From NCBI RefSeq assembly GCF_001677475.2, contig NZ_CP015229.1: a stretch of DNA of 64,000 nucleotides. One strand, 5' to 3'. The notes below the pieces were generated by a model. It ran no database searches. It was not told the origin of the DNA and saw only the letters and a list, made by a program, of their open reading frames with translations. This document shows positions 18,809 to 32,378 of the stretch, piece by piece (the stretch's first letter is position 1; every line of letters starts with the position of its first letter). The position numbers and the translations under genes are program-made. This DNA is from Escherichia coli. GTDB lineage: Bacteria; Pseudomonadota; Gammaproteobacteria; Enterobacterales; Enterobacteriaceae.

Positions 18809-20095
18809 ATGAAGATAGCGACGATAAAAACTGGGCTTGCTTCACTGGCGATGCTGCCGGGACTGGTAATGGCTGCACCTGCGGTGGCCGATAAAGCCGA
18901 CAATGCGTTTATGATGATTTGTACTGCGCTGGTGCTGTTTATGACTATTCCGGGGATTGCCCTGTTTTACGGTGGGTTGATTCGCGGCAAAAACGTGCTG
19001 TCGATGCTGACGCAGGTGACGGTGACGTTTGCACTGGTCTGTATTCTCTGGGTGGTTTACGGTTACTCGCTGGCGTTTGGTGAGGGAAACAACTTCTTCG
19101 GCAACATTAACTGGTTGATGCTGAAAAACATCGAACTGACGGCGGTGATGGGCAGCATTTATCAGTATATCCACGTAGCGTTTCAGGGATCGTTTGCCTG
19201 CATTACCGTAGGCTTGATAGTTGGAGCACTGGCGGAACGAATCCGCTTCTCAGCTGTGTTGATTTTCGTGGTTGTATGGCTGACGCTCTCCTACATTCCG
19301 ATTGCGCATATGGTCTGGGGCGGCGGTTTGCTGGCTTCTCACGGTGCACTGGATTTCGCGGGTGGCACGGTGGTGCACATTAACGCCGCAATCGCCGGCC
19401 TGGTGGGCGCGTATCTGATAGGCAAACGCGTGGGCTTCGGCAAAGAGGCGTTTAAACCGCACAACCTGCCGATGGTCTTCACCGGGACTGCCATTCTCTA
19501 TATCGGTTGGTTTGGCTTTAACGCCGGGTCAGCGGGCACGGCGAATGAAATCGCAGCACTGGCATTTGTGAATACTGTGGTCGCAACGGCGGCGGCAATT
19601 CTTGGCTGGATCTTCGGTGAATGGGCGCTGCGTGGTAAGCCTTCACTGCTGGGAGCGTGTTCAGGCGCGATTGCCGGTCTGGTCGGCGTGACGCCAGCGT
19701 GTGGCTACATTGGTGTTGGCGGCGCGTTGATTATCGGCGTGGTAGCTGGTCTGGCGGGCTTGTGGGGCGTTACCATGCTCAAACGCTTGCTGCGGGTGGA
19801 TGATCCCTGCGATGTCTTCGGTGTGCACGGCGTTTGTGGCATTGTCGGCTGTATCATGACCGGGATTTTTGCTGCCAGCTCGCTGGGCGGCGTGGGCTTC
19901 GCTGAAGGTGTGACGATGGGCCATCAGTTGCTGGTACAGCTGGAAAGCATCGCCATTACGATCGTCTGGTCCGGTGTGGTGGCATTTATTGGCTACAAAC
20001 TGGCGGATCTGACGGTTGGTCTGCGTGTGCCGGAAGAACAAGAGCGAGAAGGGCTGGACGTCAACAGCCACGGCGAGAATGCCTATAACGCGTAA
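18809..20095 (+). CDS. amtB: ammonium transporter AmtB (428 aa)
   Basis: signal peptide and multiple TM segments; matches E. coli AmtB; 29 nt downstream of glnK. Confidence 0.97.
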   Translation: MKIATIKTGLASLAMLPGLVMAAPAVADKADNAFMMICTALVLFMTIPGIALFYGGLIRGKNVLSMLTQVTVTFALVCILWVVYGYSLAFGEGNNFFGNINWLMLKNIELTAVMGSIYQYIHVAFQGSFACITVGLIVGALAERIRFSAVLIFVVVWLTLSYIPIAHMVWGGGLLASHGALDFAGGTVVHINAAIAGLVGAYLIGKRVGFGKEAFKPHNLPMVFTGTAILYIGWFGFNAGSAGTANEIAALAFVNTVVATAAAILGWIFGEWALRGKPSLLGACSGAIAGLVGVTPACGYIGVGGALIIGVVAGLAGLWGVTMLKRLLRVDDPCDVFGVHGVCGIVGCIMTGIFAASSLGGVGFAEGVTMGHQLLVQLESIAITIVWSGVVAFIGYKLADLTVGLRVPEEQEREGLDVNSHGENAYNA

Positions 20096-20112
20096 CAAGC
20101 ACTGCAAAAAAC

Positions 20113-20145
20113 AGCCGGACGGTTTTCACCTCCGGCTATTTTTTT
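20113..20145. terminator. bidirectional terminator between convergent amtB and tesB
   Basis: inverted repeat agccgga...tccggct followed by TTTTTTT. Confidence 0.65.
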
Positions 20146-21004
20146 AATTGTGATTACGCATTACCCCTTCCTGAACGGTCGAGGCAACCAGCACGCCGTC
20201 CTGAGTATAAAACTCACCGCGCACAAAGCCGCGTGCGCTGGACGCCGAGGTGCTCTCCACGCTATACAGCAGCCATTCATTCAAATTAAACGGGCGATGG
20301 AACCACATGGAATGGTCGATGGTCGCTATCTGAATTCCTGGTTCGAGAAAACCGATGCCGTGCGGCTGTAGAGCTACCGGCAGGAAGTTAAGATCAGAAG
20401 CGTAACCGAGCAGATACTGATGAACGCGCAGATCATCCGGCACGCTACCATTAGCGCGGATCCACACCTGACGATGCGGTTCTGCGACGTGCCCTTTCAG
20501 TGGGTTATGAAACTCCACCGGACGGACTTCAAGCGGACGATCGCAGATGAATTTATCTTTCAGCACTGGCGGCAGCAGGTGCGCCAGCGACTGGGCGATT
20601 TGCGTTTCCGAAGGCAGGCCATCAGGCGCTGGCGCGGACGGCATTGTTTTTTGATGTTCGAAACCCGCTTCTGGTGCCTGGAAAGAGGCAGTCATATAAA
20701 AAATCGGTTTGCCGTTTTGAATAGCAGCAACCCGGCGGGCGCTGAAGCTGTTACCGTCACGCAGCGTTTCGACATCATAAATAATCGGCTTCTTACTATC
20801 GCCTGGGCGAAGAAAGTAGCTGTGAAACGAATGTACCAGCCGCTCTTCAGGGACGGTCTCTTTTGCAGCATACAAGGCCTGACCCACGACCTGGCCGCCA
20901 AACACCTGGCGTAAACCTAAATCTTCACTCTGGCCGCGAAAGAGTCCTTCCTCAATTTTTTCCAGATTTAACAATGTCAGTAAATTTTTTAGCGCCTGAC
21001 TCAT
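20144..21004 (-). CDS. tesB: acyl-CoA thioesterase II (286 aa)
   Basis: ORF 20144..21088; start set to ATG at 21004 ([24 protein letters not shown]) with RBS GGAGAG; matches E. coli TesB. Confidence 0.96.
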
Positions 21005-21221
21005 ATAACTCTCCAGTAACAAAGCTGCCGCAGCAAGCCAAAGTGAGTTGAGTATAACGCAAATTTGCCACTGGTCCGATGGGTGCAATGGTCTGAATTA
21101 CGGGCTAATTACAGGCAGAAATGCGTGATGTGTGCCACACTTGTTGACGTTACTATTTTGTTAACCACTCTTCCGGCGAGGAAAGTTAGCCCGCTGGTGC
21201 ATTGATAATAAGGAGAAGTGA

Positions 21222-21794
21222 ATGAAACTCGTGCACATGGCCAGTGGTTTAGCGGTTGCGATTGCGGTGGCGGCTTGCGCAGATAAAAGCGCGGATATTC
21301 AGACGCCAGCACCGGCTGCAAATACGTCTATTTCAGCAACACAACAACCTGCTATCCAGCAACCGAATGTCTCCGGTACCGTCTGGATCCGTCAGAAAGT
21401 CGCACTGCCGCCTGATGCCGTGCTGACCGTGACACTTTCTGACGCGTCGTTAGCCGATGCACCGTCAAAAGTGCTGGCGCAGAAAGCGGTGCGTACCGAA
21501 GGCAAACAGTCACCATTCAGCTTTGTTCTGCCATTTAACCCGGCAGATGTTCAGCCGAACGCGCGTATTCTGTTGAGTGCGGCGATTACCGTTAATGACA
21601 AACTGGTATTTATTACCGATACCGTTCAGCCGGTGATCAACCAGGGCGGAACGAAAGCCGACCTGACATTGGTGCCGGTACAGCAAACCGCCGTGCCGGT
21701 TCAGGCCAGCGGTGGCGCAACGACTACCGTACCTTCAACTTCACCAACCCAGGTGAATCCGTCTTCGGCAGTTCCAGCTCCTACGCAATATTAA
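21222..21794 (+). CDS. ybaY: outer-membrane lipoprotein YbaY (190 aa)
   Basis: lipoprotein signal with lipobox AACA; matches E. coli YbaY. Confidence 0.95.
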   Translation: MKLVHMASGLAVAIAVAACADKSADIQTPAPAANTSISATQQPAIQQPNVSGTVWIRQKVALPPDAVLTVTLSDASLADAPSKVLAQKAVRTEGKQSPFSFVLPFNPADVQPNARILLSAAITVNDKLVFITDTVQPVINQGGTKADLTLVPVQQTAVPVQASGGATTTVPSTSPTQVNPSSAVPAPTQY

Positions 21795-21824
21795 GCGCAG
21801 TTAACCCTCTCCGCCCGGAGAGGG

Positions 21825-22214
21825 TTAGTAGTTCCAGCGATAACGCTGCAAGTCGATTTGCCCGCTTCCCGATACCATCACACCTTCTGCCAGTAATGCC
21901 TGTCGTTGACGCTGTAAATCCGGTCCGGTTAGCGAAATTGTGCCGTGGCGATTAACCACCCGGTGCCAGGGCAAGGAGCTGCCTTCAGGGAGACGCTTTA
22001 ACACACCGCCCACCTGGCGCGCGGCGCGGGGCGATCCTGCCAGTTTCGCCACATCACCGTAAGTGGTGACATAGCCTTCGGGAATAGCGGCGACGATTTG
22101 CCAGACGCGTTGGGGAAATGAATCTTCTTTTTCCATCTTTTCTTCCTGAGGTAATTTTTCAGCATAATCTGGAAAAACGCCCGAGTGAAGTCGCATTGCG
22201 CAAGAAACCAGCAT
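21825..22214 (-). CDS. atl: alkyltransferase-like DNA base-flipping protein (129 aa)
   Basis: ORF 21825..22235; start at MLVSCAMRLH (22214); matches E. coli Atl (YbaZ). Confidence 0.93.
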   Translation of the reverse strand: MLVSCAMRLHSGVFPDYAEKLPQEEKMEKEDSFPQRVWQIVAAIPEGYVTTYGDVAKLAGSPRAARQVGGVLKRLPEGSSLPWHRVVNRHGTISLTGPDLQRQRQALLAEGVMVSGSGQIDLQRYRWNY

Positions 22215-22229
22215 CCGGCACGCAATGGG

Positions 22230-22258
22230 TTGCAATTAGCCGGGGCAGCAGTGATAAT
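22230..22258 (+). promoter_or_regulatory. putative sigma70 promoter of ffs precursor
   Basis: TTGCAA (22230-22235), 17-nt spacer, GATAAT (22253-22258); predicted start about 25 nt upstream of mature 4.5S 5' end. Confidence 0.6.
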
Positions 22259-22290
22259 GCGCCTGCGCGTTGGTTCTCAACGCTCTCAAT

Positions 22291-22404
22291 GGGGGCTCTG
22301 TTGGTTCTCCCGCAACGCTACTCTGTTTACCAGGTCAGGTCCGGAAGGAAGCAGCCAAGGCAGATGACGCGTGTGCCGGGATGTAGCTGGCAGGGCCCCC
22401 ACCC
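22291..22404 (+). ncRNA. ffs: 4.5S RNA (signal recognition particle RNA), 114 nt
   Basis: sequence GGGGGCTCTGTTGGTTCTCCCGCAACGC...CAGGGCCCCCACCC matches E. coli 4.5S RNA; between atl and ybaA as in K-12. Confidence 0.97.
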
Positions 22405-22514
22405 ATTTCTGCCTCCCCCCGTTTCGTCAAAAAATCCCAATATGGCTAAACTTTAACCACAACTGACGTCGCAAGAATTGTCTGGCTGCGCAGTACGCTT
22501 CGGAGGTATGTCTG

Positions 22515-22868
22515 ATGAAGTATGTTGATGGTTTTGTGGTTGCCGTTCCTGCCGATAAAAAGGATGCCTATCGGGAAATGGCTGCTAAGGCTGCGCCATT
22601 GTTTAAAGAGTTTGGCGCGCTTCGTATTGTCGAATGCTGGGCCAGCGATGTACCGGATGGCAAAGTGACCGATTTTCGTATGGCGGTGAAAGCGGAAGAA
22701 AATGAAGAGGTTGTCTTTAGCTGGATTGAATACCCTTCAAAAGAGGTCCGCGACGCAGCTAATCAAAAGATGATGTCGGACCCACGGATGAAAGAGTTCG
22801 GCGAGTCCATGCCGTTTGACGGCAAGCGAATGATCTATGGCGGATTCGAGTCAATCATCGACGAATAG
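22515..22868 (+). CDS. ybaA: DUF1428 family protein YbaA (117 aa)
   Basis: MKYVDGFVVAVPADKKDAYREMAAKAAPLFKEFGALRIVECW... matches E. coli YbaA. Confidence 0.95.
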   Translation: MKYVDGFVVAVPADKKDAYREMAAKAAPLFKEFGALRIVECWASDVPDGKVTDFRMAVKAEENEEVVFSWIEYPSKEVRDAANQKMMSDPRMKEFGESMPFDGKRMIYGGFESIIDE

Positions 22869-22909
22869 GTAGCGTGACGGGCTGTGCGGCGTGCCGTCAG
22901 CCCTACAAT

Positions 22910-24466
22910 TCACAAATGTTGCTCGGCCCAGCGTAAGAAATCTTCTTTCGGTAATGCCTTGCTGTAGAGCCAGCCCTGACCGTAGTGCACGCCATGCTGG
23001 CGTAACCACTCTTCTTGTTTACTGGTTTCGATTCCCTCCGCTACCATTTTCAGTTTCAGTGTTTTTGCCATTTCGATGATATGCGGCGTGACATTTTTAT
23101 ATTCCAGCGCATCAACGAAAGATTTATCGATCTTCAGAATGTCGACATCCAGATCCTGTAAATAACTTAAACTTGAATACCCCGTACCAAAATCATCAAG
23201 ATAAATTTCATGGCCCGCCTCCCGGTAGCGAGAAATTATCGGGGCGCTGGTTTTCGGATCGGCAAACTCGCGTTCAGTGAGTTCAAGCGCGATCTGTCTG
23301 GGATTAACCTGATAGTGATTGATCATTTCACGCAGCAATTGCGGGATTTTTTCCGAGGTGAGCACGGTGGATTCAAGATTGATCGAAATATGCTGCCGTG
23401 GATGCTGACGCAGCCAGTCGCCCATATCTTCAAAGACGCTTCTTATAATCAGTAGCGTCAATGGCTCAGAAAGGCCCGTTTGCTGTGCCAGCGGAATAAA
23501 ACTATCTGGTGACAACCAACTACCGTCTGTCTGCGGCCAGCGCGCCAGTGCCTCAGCACCGACAATTTTGCCATTGGCTAAGGAGACAATCGGCTGATAG
23601 TGTACGCAAATATCACGATTTTCGATAGCATCCTGCAGCCGATGATGCGGTGACTGGATACGGCGCAAAATACGCAGCACAAACATCGCTGCCAGCAGGC
23701 CAATCACCAACCCGAGCGGTAACCAAATAAAGACTTGCCGATGCCAGCCTTTCTGCAACATTTTCGTTGAAGCCCAGGTGATGATCGAAATATTCATTTC
23801 CGGGAAGGGCAGGATATCGTAAATGATTCCATTATTTTCGATATGCTCACCGGGTGTTTTTTGTAGTCTGGTAATAATTCCCTGAGCAATTTCATCGCTG
23901 CTGGTTATGACAACGTTATGGGCATTGCCAATAATGGCGGCATCAATTTGCCATGAGCTATAGGGAATGACATCAATAAAGGAAGCGGGGTCGATCATGA
24001 CGACATAATGTGCCGTTCCCATGGCAACCATGTAACGGATAATGCCTAAATCGTTATGCGATGTTAACCAGACACGATAACCATCTTTCGAAATTTTACC
24101 TGGCTCGGGGAAGGTATCGGGCGGGCTTTCATGCTCCAGAGACGAACACTGGGGAACGTTGTTATCGATATAAACCACTTCCTGAATATAGCGATAACTG
24201 TAAGATACCCGACGCATTTCCATGAGATGGGCTTCGCTACAGGCAGCGCCTTGCCATCTTTCCAGCTCTTGCAGCGCATCTTTCCCTTGTGTCGCCACCT
24301 TATTGGCCCGAATAGCGACGCGGGAGGAATAGGTATTTAGCTCTTCAATAAATGATGTTTCTACTTGCTGATGGGCCAGCCAGATGCTTAAGCCGACAGG
24401 CAGCAATACTGAAAGAATCAGTACTCCCGAAATCAGGCTGACCAGATGTCGTGTTCTCACCAGCAT
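22910..24466 (-). CDS. pdeB: c-di-GMP phosphodiesterase PdeB (CSS-motif periplasmic domain plus EAL domain)
   Basis: two TM segments, periplasmic domain, C-terminal EAL domain (EALARW, DDFGTGYSSLSYL); matches E. coli YlaB/PdeB; exact start uncertain by 2 codons. Confidence 0.92.
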   Translation of the reverse strand: MLVRTRHLVSLISGVLILSVLLPVGLSIWLAHQQVETSFIEELNTYSSRVAIRANKVATQGKDALQELERWQGAACSEAHLMEMRRVSYSYRYIQEVVYIDNNVPQCSSLEHESPPDTFPEPGKISKDGYRVWLTSHNDLGIIRYMVAMGTAHYVVMIDPASFIDVIPYSSWQIDAAIIGNAHNVVITSSDEIAQGIITRLQKTPGEHIENNGIIYDILPFPEMNISIITWASTKMLQKGWHRQVFIWLPLGLVIGLLAAMFVLRILRRIQSPHHRLQDAIENRDICVHYQPIVSLANGKIVGAEALARWPQTDGSWLSPDSFIPLAQQTGLSEPLTLLIIRSVFEDMGDWLRQHPRQHISINLESTVLTSEKIPQLLREMINHYQVNPRQIALELTEREFADPKTSAPIISRYREAGHEIYLDDFGTGYSSLSYLQDLDVDILKIDKSFVDALEYKNVTPHIIEMAKTLKLKMVAEGIETSKQEEWLRQHGVHYGQGWLYSKALPKEDFLRWAEQHL

Positions 24467-24623
24467 ATCCTTATTAACACAGTGTAGGGAAAGTATATCT
24501 GATTGTGGAAAAAGGCTGGCAGGAGATAAGGAGGTAGCGCTGGTATTTCATGAAGCGATGGGTGGAAACGATCGTTGTCATTTGACCAGGCGTAGAGCTT
24601 TACGCCTGGTATGTAACCCTAAC

Positions 24624-25094
24624 TTAAGATGTTGATTCGGCGCGAGCGAGGGTAAAAATATCGTAAAAAGACAGTTCACCTTTACGGACGATCATTTTTT
24701 GCAGTTGTTCTTTATGAACATCCGCGACACGCGGAGAGTTCAAGATGGCTTCAACCAGCGCGGCAGGTACAAAGCGCGTGTTGTACCATTCGCCGTTATA
24801 GCAAACGCGGAAATCCAGCACGTCGATATCTTCATAGCGGTAGCGTGGGTAGACATCGAAAAAGAAGAAACCATTAAGCAGGATAAATAATACAACCAGT
24901 AGCCAGACAGAGCCTGAAAGCGTTTCGGACTGCAACATCACCGCCAGGGTGGCAAAAAAAGCAACGTACATACCGATAAACAGCCCCGGATGTTTACGGA
25001 TAAAACTGATACTAAAGCGGGGTTTGTTGTCGCGTTTTTCGCGGGTATTCAGAGACTCAATCGTTTCGGTCAGCAGGCGTTGTATTTCGGTCAT
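24624..25094 (-). CDS. ylaC: inner membrane protein YlaC (156 aa)
   Basis: ORF 24624..25133; start at [10 protein letters not shown] (25094); matches E. coli YlaC. Confidence 0.93.
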
Positions 25095-25209
25095 CGTTTG
25101 CCTTCGTGGTATCTGCAACTTTCCAGGGAACACCCTATTTTAACGTGGGAACAGTAGAGGGAAAGTAACAGATTTACCACAATTTTGCATAACAGTTGCG
25201 AAAAACAGG

Positions 25210-25761
25210 TTACAATTTTTTAATGATTCTGGCTGGATTACCGCCCACGACAACATTGTCCGGGACATCTTTTGTGACAACTGCACCTGAGGCTACCACG
25301 ACGTTATCACCAATGGTCACACCAGGGTTAATGACCGCGCGTCCGCCAATCCAGACGTTATTACCGAGGGTGACGGGTTTCCCCAGTTCAACACCGCTAT
25401 TACGTGCTACAGGGTCGATGGGATGTGTTGCCGTGTAGATATGAACACCTGGCGCTAACATACAGTTATCACCGATGCGAATAGGGCAGACATCAAGCAT
25501 CACGCAATCGAAGTTGGCGAAAAAATTATTGCCGAGAAAAATGTTATAGCCATAGTCACAACGAAACGTTGGCTCAATATAAGCCTCTGTCACCTGACCG
25601 AATAATTCAGCGAGAATTTGCTGGCGTAATGTGTGCTCTTCCGCCAGGGAATGATTGTATCGGTGAATAAGCTGACGAGCGCGCAGGCGATCGCGAGATA
25701 ACGTCTCATCTGCCGAGCGATATAACTCACCAGCAATCATCTTTTCTTTTTCTGTGCTCAT
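25210..25761 (-). CDS. maa: maltose O-acetyltransferase (183 aa)
   Basis: hexapeptide-repeat acyltransferase; [21 protein letters not shown]... matches E. coli Maa. Confidence 0.97.
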   Translation of the reverse strand: MSTEKEKMIAGELYRSADETLSRDRLRARQLIHRYNHSLAEEHTLRQQILAELFGQVTEAYIEPTFRCDYGYNIFLGNNFFANFDCVMLDVCPIRIGDNCMLAPGVHIYTATHPIDPVARNSGVELGKPVTLGNNVWIGGRAVINPGVTIGDNVVVASGAVVTKDVPDNVVVGGNPARIIKKL

Positions 25762-25932
25762 TACTGACCTCCCGTTGCTGAAAATGCGGCAACACAGTAA
25801 GACGAAAAGTCAGTGAAGAGAACGTTCCCATGACATCTATGTGATAAAGATCACATAGGGTATGGCTTCATGGCGAAAAAGTATAAAATTCTTAATAAAC
25901 AGCCGGTTATAGCTCCGAAAGCGAATTATTTA

Positions 25933-26151
25933 TTAGCGAATAAATTTCCATACTGAGGAAGGGATCTTGTCGTACAGTTTATTCATGGTCAATTCGGCGA
26001 GGCGGTGATCTGCGGCTGAGTAAAATACCGCCAGTTCATTATCTGATAATTCGTATTTATTTTTCTCGATAACACGCTCCAGCGTGTCAATTGTCTGGCA
26101 ACGACGTAAACGCATTAAATAATCGGTTTTCGTTAAAGGTTTTTCGGACAT
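25933..26151 (-). CDS. hha: haemolysin expression-modulating protein Hha (72 aa)
   Basis: ORF 25933..26397 is 5'-extended; start ATG 26151 ([27 protein letters not shown]...) matches E. coli Hha. Confidence 0.96.
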
Positions 26152-26176
26152 ACTTCTACCCATGGTTGTAATAATT

Positions 26177-26551
26177 CTAACAAGATAAACTCGCAGGATT
26201 CTCTTTCGTCGTATTGACAAAACAACGGAATAGTCGATTACCTGACTTCCGCCATTTCTGAAGATCCTGCATATTAATACCATAACTACTGAACAACATA
26301 AAGGTGTCATCCAGATATTCGTCGATCTGCTCAATGAGCTTATTGTCTTCATTATACTTAATTTTGTAATTAAGTGCGAAGGTCGCAATATGCTCAATCA
26401 GTTCATTCAACTGGAGGTTGATCGCCGAGGTTGGGTCGTTAACCCAGCCATGATTGCTTTCTTCAAGGTTTGCAAGACAGTCATGATACAGGGTTTCACA
26501 GAGAAACTTAAGCTGTGCGATATCATGTCTTTTGGGTGAGTATTCATCCAT
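26177..26551 (-). CDS. tomB: Hha toxicity modulator TomB (124 aa)
   Basis: [26 protein letters not shown]... matches E. coli TomB (YbaJ); immediately upstream of hha. Confidence 0.96.
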
Positions 26552-27054
26552 AACGCGTCCCCTTCTTAGTGGTTGAACTAACGGACACCTTTCGGGATGG
26601 AAAAAACTTACTGACCTGGACTTGCCCTCTCGTTTGTTAGCTTAACTATAAGCCACTCTTTGCAGGTTTTCATCGCATTATTACGAAAAATTACAATTAG
26701 GAAGGAAGCGGGACAGGACTCACTTTTTCATACTAGCACTAACCCGCAGCAGGTAAAAGTAGTTTGCTCGAACTGTTCATAACATTTCAGGATTATCGCC
26801 AGATGAAATTGGTGACACTAATACCAGGATTGCTCTGAATATGACGTAATAACCGAGGAATGAATAAAGAATTACCGCAAATAATTAAGAATAGCCTCTA
26901 AATGATTATGGATTATTAAATCTATTAGCGCTACTTAATATAAATTTACTAACAATCAGTATTTTTTATGAATTTTATACGTGGTTAATACTGGTTTTCG
27001 TATGAGATCCTGAGTTGGTGGTTCAATTACTCCTTAATGTTCGTAGGTTATGCA

Positions 27055-27079
27055 TAAAAAAGGCCGCTTACGCGGCCTT
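27055..27079 (-). terminator. rho-independent terminator of acrAB
   Basis: hairpin aaggccgc-ttac-gcggcctt followed on minus strand by T-run. Confidence 0.8.
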
Positions 27080-27096
27080 AGTGATTACACGTTGTA

Positions 27097-30249
<3,153 letters not shown>

Positions 30250-30268
30250 TTAACGGCTCCTGTTTAAG

Positions 30269-31462
30269 TTAAGACTTGGACTGTTCAGGCTGAGCACCGC
30301 TTGCGGCTTGCTGGTTATTATCAGCGGTAACTTCTTGTGCTTTTACCTGGACACCAGGACGCACTTTCTGCAGCCCACTTATTACTACGCGATCGCCTGC
30401 TTTCAGACCTTCTGTCACCAGCCACTTATCGCCAATAGCCTGGCTTGCAACGATCGGACGGGTTTCCACTTTGTCATCCGCGCCAACCACCAGTACGGTG
30501 GCATCGCCACGCGGCGTACGGGTTACGCCCTGTTGCGGGACTAAAATAGCGTTTGGATTAAGCCCTTCTTCCAGACGTGCGCGCACGAACATACCCGGCA
30601 GCAGAGTGTGATCCGGGTTCGGGAAGATAGCGCGTAGGGTGATAGACCCAGTGGTCTGATCAACGGTAACGTCAGAGAATTCCAGCGTACCGTCCTGCGG
30701 GAACTTAATGCCGTCACTGGTGATCAGCGACACTTTGGCTTTGCCGTTCTCTTGTTTCAGCGTGCCATTTGCCAGTTCCTGTTTCAGGCGCAGGAAGTCG
30801 TTGCTGGACTGGGTCACATCAACGTAGATCGGATCAAGTTGCTGCACGGTTGCCAGCGCAGTCGCCTGACCGTTCTGTACCAATGCGCCTTCCGTCACGT
30901 TCGACTTACCAATGCGACCGCTAATCGGAGAGGTGACTTTGGTGTAAGCCAGATTGATCCGCGCAGTTTCAACGGCAGCTTTCGCCGCAGTGACCGCAGC
31001 ATTCGCCTGTTGCGCATCAGCCAGAGCCTGATCGTACTCTTGCTTACTGATGTACTGAGTACCGAGCAGTTTCTGATAACGATTCACCGTCAATTGCGCG
31101 ATATTGGCTGCAGCCTGGGCTTTCGCCAGATCACCTTTCGCACTGTCGTATGCCGCCTGATAGGTCGCAGGATCAATCTGATAGAGAGAGACACCTGCTT
31201 CGATGTCGCTACCTTCTTTGAAATTACGCTTCAGGATAATCCCGCTAACTTGAGGACGAACTTCTGCGATCCGGTAGGCACTGGTGCGACCCGGAAGCTC
31301 GGTTGTGATCTGCAGAGGTTCAGTTTTGACTGTTACTACGCCAACGGCGGGCATCTGCTGGCCACCTTGTTGGGCCTGTTTGTCGTCACATCCTGTTAGG
31401 GCTAAGCTGCCTGAGAGCATCAGAACGACCGCCAGAGGCGTAAACCCTCTGTTTTTGTTCAT
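30269..31462 (-). CDS. acrA: RND efflux periplasmic adaptor lipoprotein AcrA (397 aa)
   Basis: ORF 30269..31498; start at MNKNRGFTPLAVVLMLSGSLALTGC (31462); matches E. coli AcrA. Confidence 0.97.
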   Translation of the reverse strand: MNKNRGFTPLAVVLMLSGSLALTGCDDKQAQQGGQQMPAVGVVTVKTEPLQITTELPGRTSAYRIAEVRPQVSGIILKRNFKEGSDIEAGVSLYQIDPATYQAAYDSAKGDLAKAQAAANIAQLTVNRYQKLLGTQYISKQEYDQALADAQQANAAVTAAKAAVETARINLAYTKVTSPISGRIGKSNVTEGALVQNGQATALATVQQLDPIYVDVTQSSNDFLRLKQELANGTLKQENGKAKVSLITSDGIKFPQDGTLEFSDVTVDQTTGSITLRAIFPNPDHTLLPGMFVRARLEEGLNPNAILVPQQGVTRTPRGDATVLVVGADDKVETRPIVASQAIGDKWLVTEGLKAGDRVVISGLQKVRPGVQVKAQEVTADNNQQAASGAQPEQSKS

Positions 31463-31551
31463 ATGTAAACCTCGAGTGTCCGATTTCAAATTGGTCAATG
31501 GTCAAAAGTTAATAAACCCATTGCTGCGTTTATATTATCGTCGTGCTATGG

Positions 31552-31575
31552 TACATACATTCACAAATGTATGTA
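31552..31575. promoter_or_regulatory. AcrR operator, 24-bp inverted repeat in the acrR-acrA divergent promoter region
   Basis: palindrome TACATACATT-CACA-AATGTATGTA. Confidence 0.85.
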
Positions 31576-31603
31576 AATCTAACGCCTGTAAATTCACGAA
31601 CAT

Positions 31604-32251
31604 ATGGCACGAAAAACCAAACAAGAAGCGCAAGAAACGCGCCAACACATCCTCGATGTGGCTCTACGTCTTTTCTCACAGCAGGGGGTATCATCCACCT
31701 CGCTGGGCGAGATTGCAAAAGCAGCTGGCGTTACGCGCGGTGCAATCTACTGGCATTTTAAAGACAAGTCGGATTTGTTCAGTGAGATCTGGGAACTGTC
31801 AGAATCCAATATTGGTGAACTAGAGCTTGAGTATCAGGCAAAATTCCCTGGCGATCCACTCTCAGTATTAAGAGAGATATTAATTCATGTTCTTGAATCC
31901 ACGGTGACAGAAGAACGGCGTCGATTATTGATGGAGATTATATTCCACAAATGCGAATTTGTCGGAGAAATGGCTGTTGTGCAACAGGCACAACGTAATC
32001 TCTGTCTGGAAAGTTATGACCGTATAGAACAAACGTTAAAACATTGTATTGAAGCGAAAATGTTGCCTGCGGATTTAATGACGCGTCGCGCAGCAATTAT
32101 TATGCGCGGCTATATTTCCGGCCTGATGGAAAACTGGCTCTTTGCCCCGCAATCTTTTGATCTTAAAAAAGAAGCCCGCGATTACGTCGCCATCTTACTG
32201 GAGATGTATCTCCTGTGCCCCACGCTTCGTAATCCTGCCACTAACGAATAA
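31604..32251 (+). CDS. acrR: TetR-family repressor of acrAB (215 aa)
   Basis: [52 protein letters not shown] (TetR HTH); matches E. coli AcrR. Confidence 0.97.
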
Positions 32252-32378
32252 CCCTGAATCTGACTCCAGGATTTTTCCTGGACATTTTCGTCGTTGCTAT
32301 TCTGGTTCACTGCGTCGTGATATTCTTGCGGTTTGACTTTTTCAGGTCGTTCTTCAGGTTCAGAAACCTTCATTCATC

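Noticed and set aside
22118-22456. 112-aa ORF overlapping ffs
   Set aside because: Interval is the 4.5S RNA gene; the ORF has no RBS and its translation is unlike any known protein.
26552-27054. AT-rich 0.5-kb tomB-acrB intergenic region examined for a hidden small gene or sRNA
   Set aside because: No ORF with RBS and no terminator-bounded RNA could be recognised by eye; likely promoter and H-NS-bound regulatory DNA for tomB-hha, with no feature I can support.
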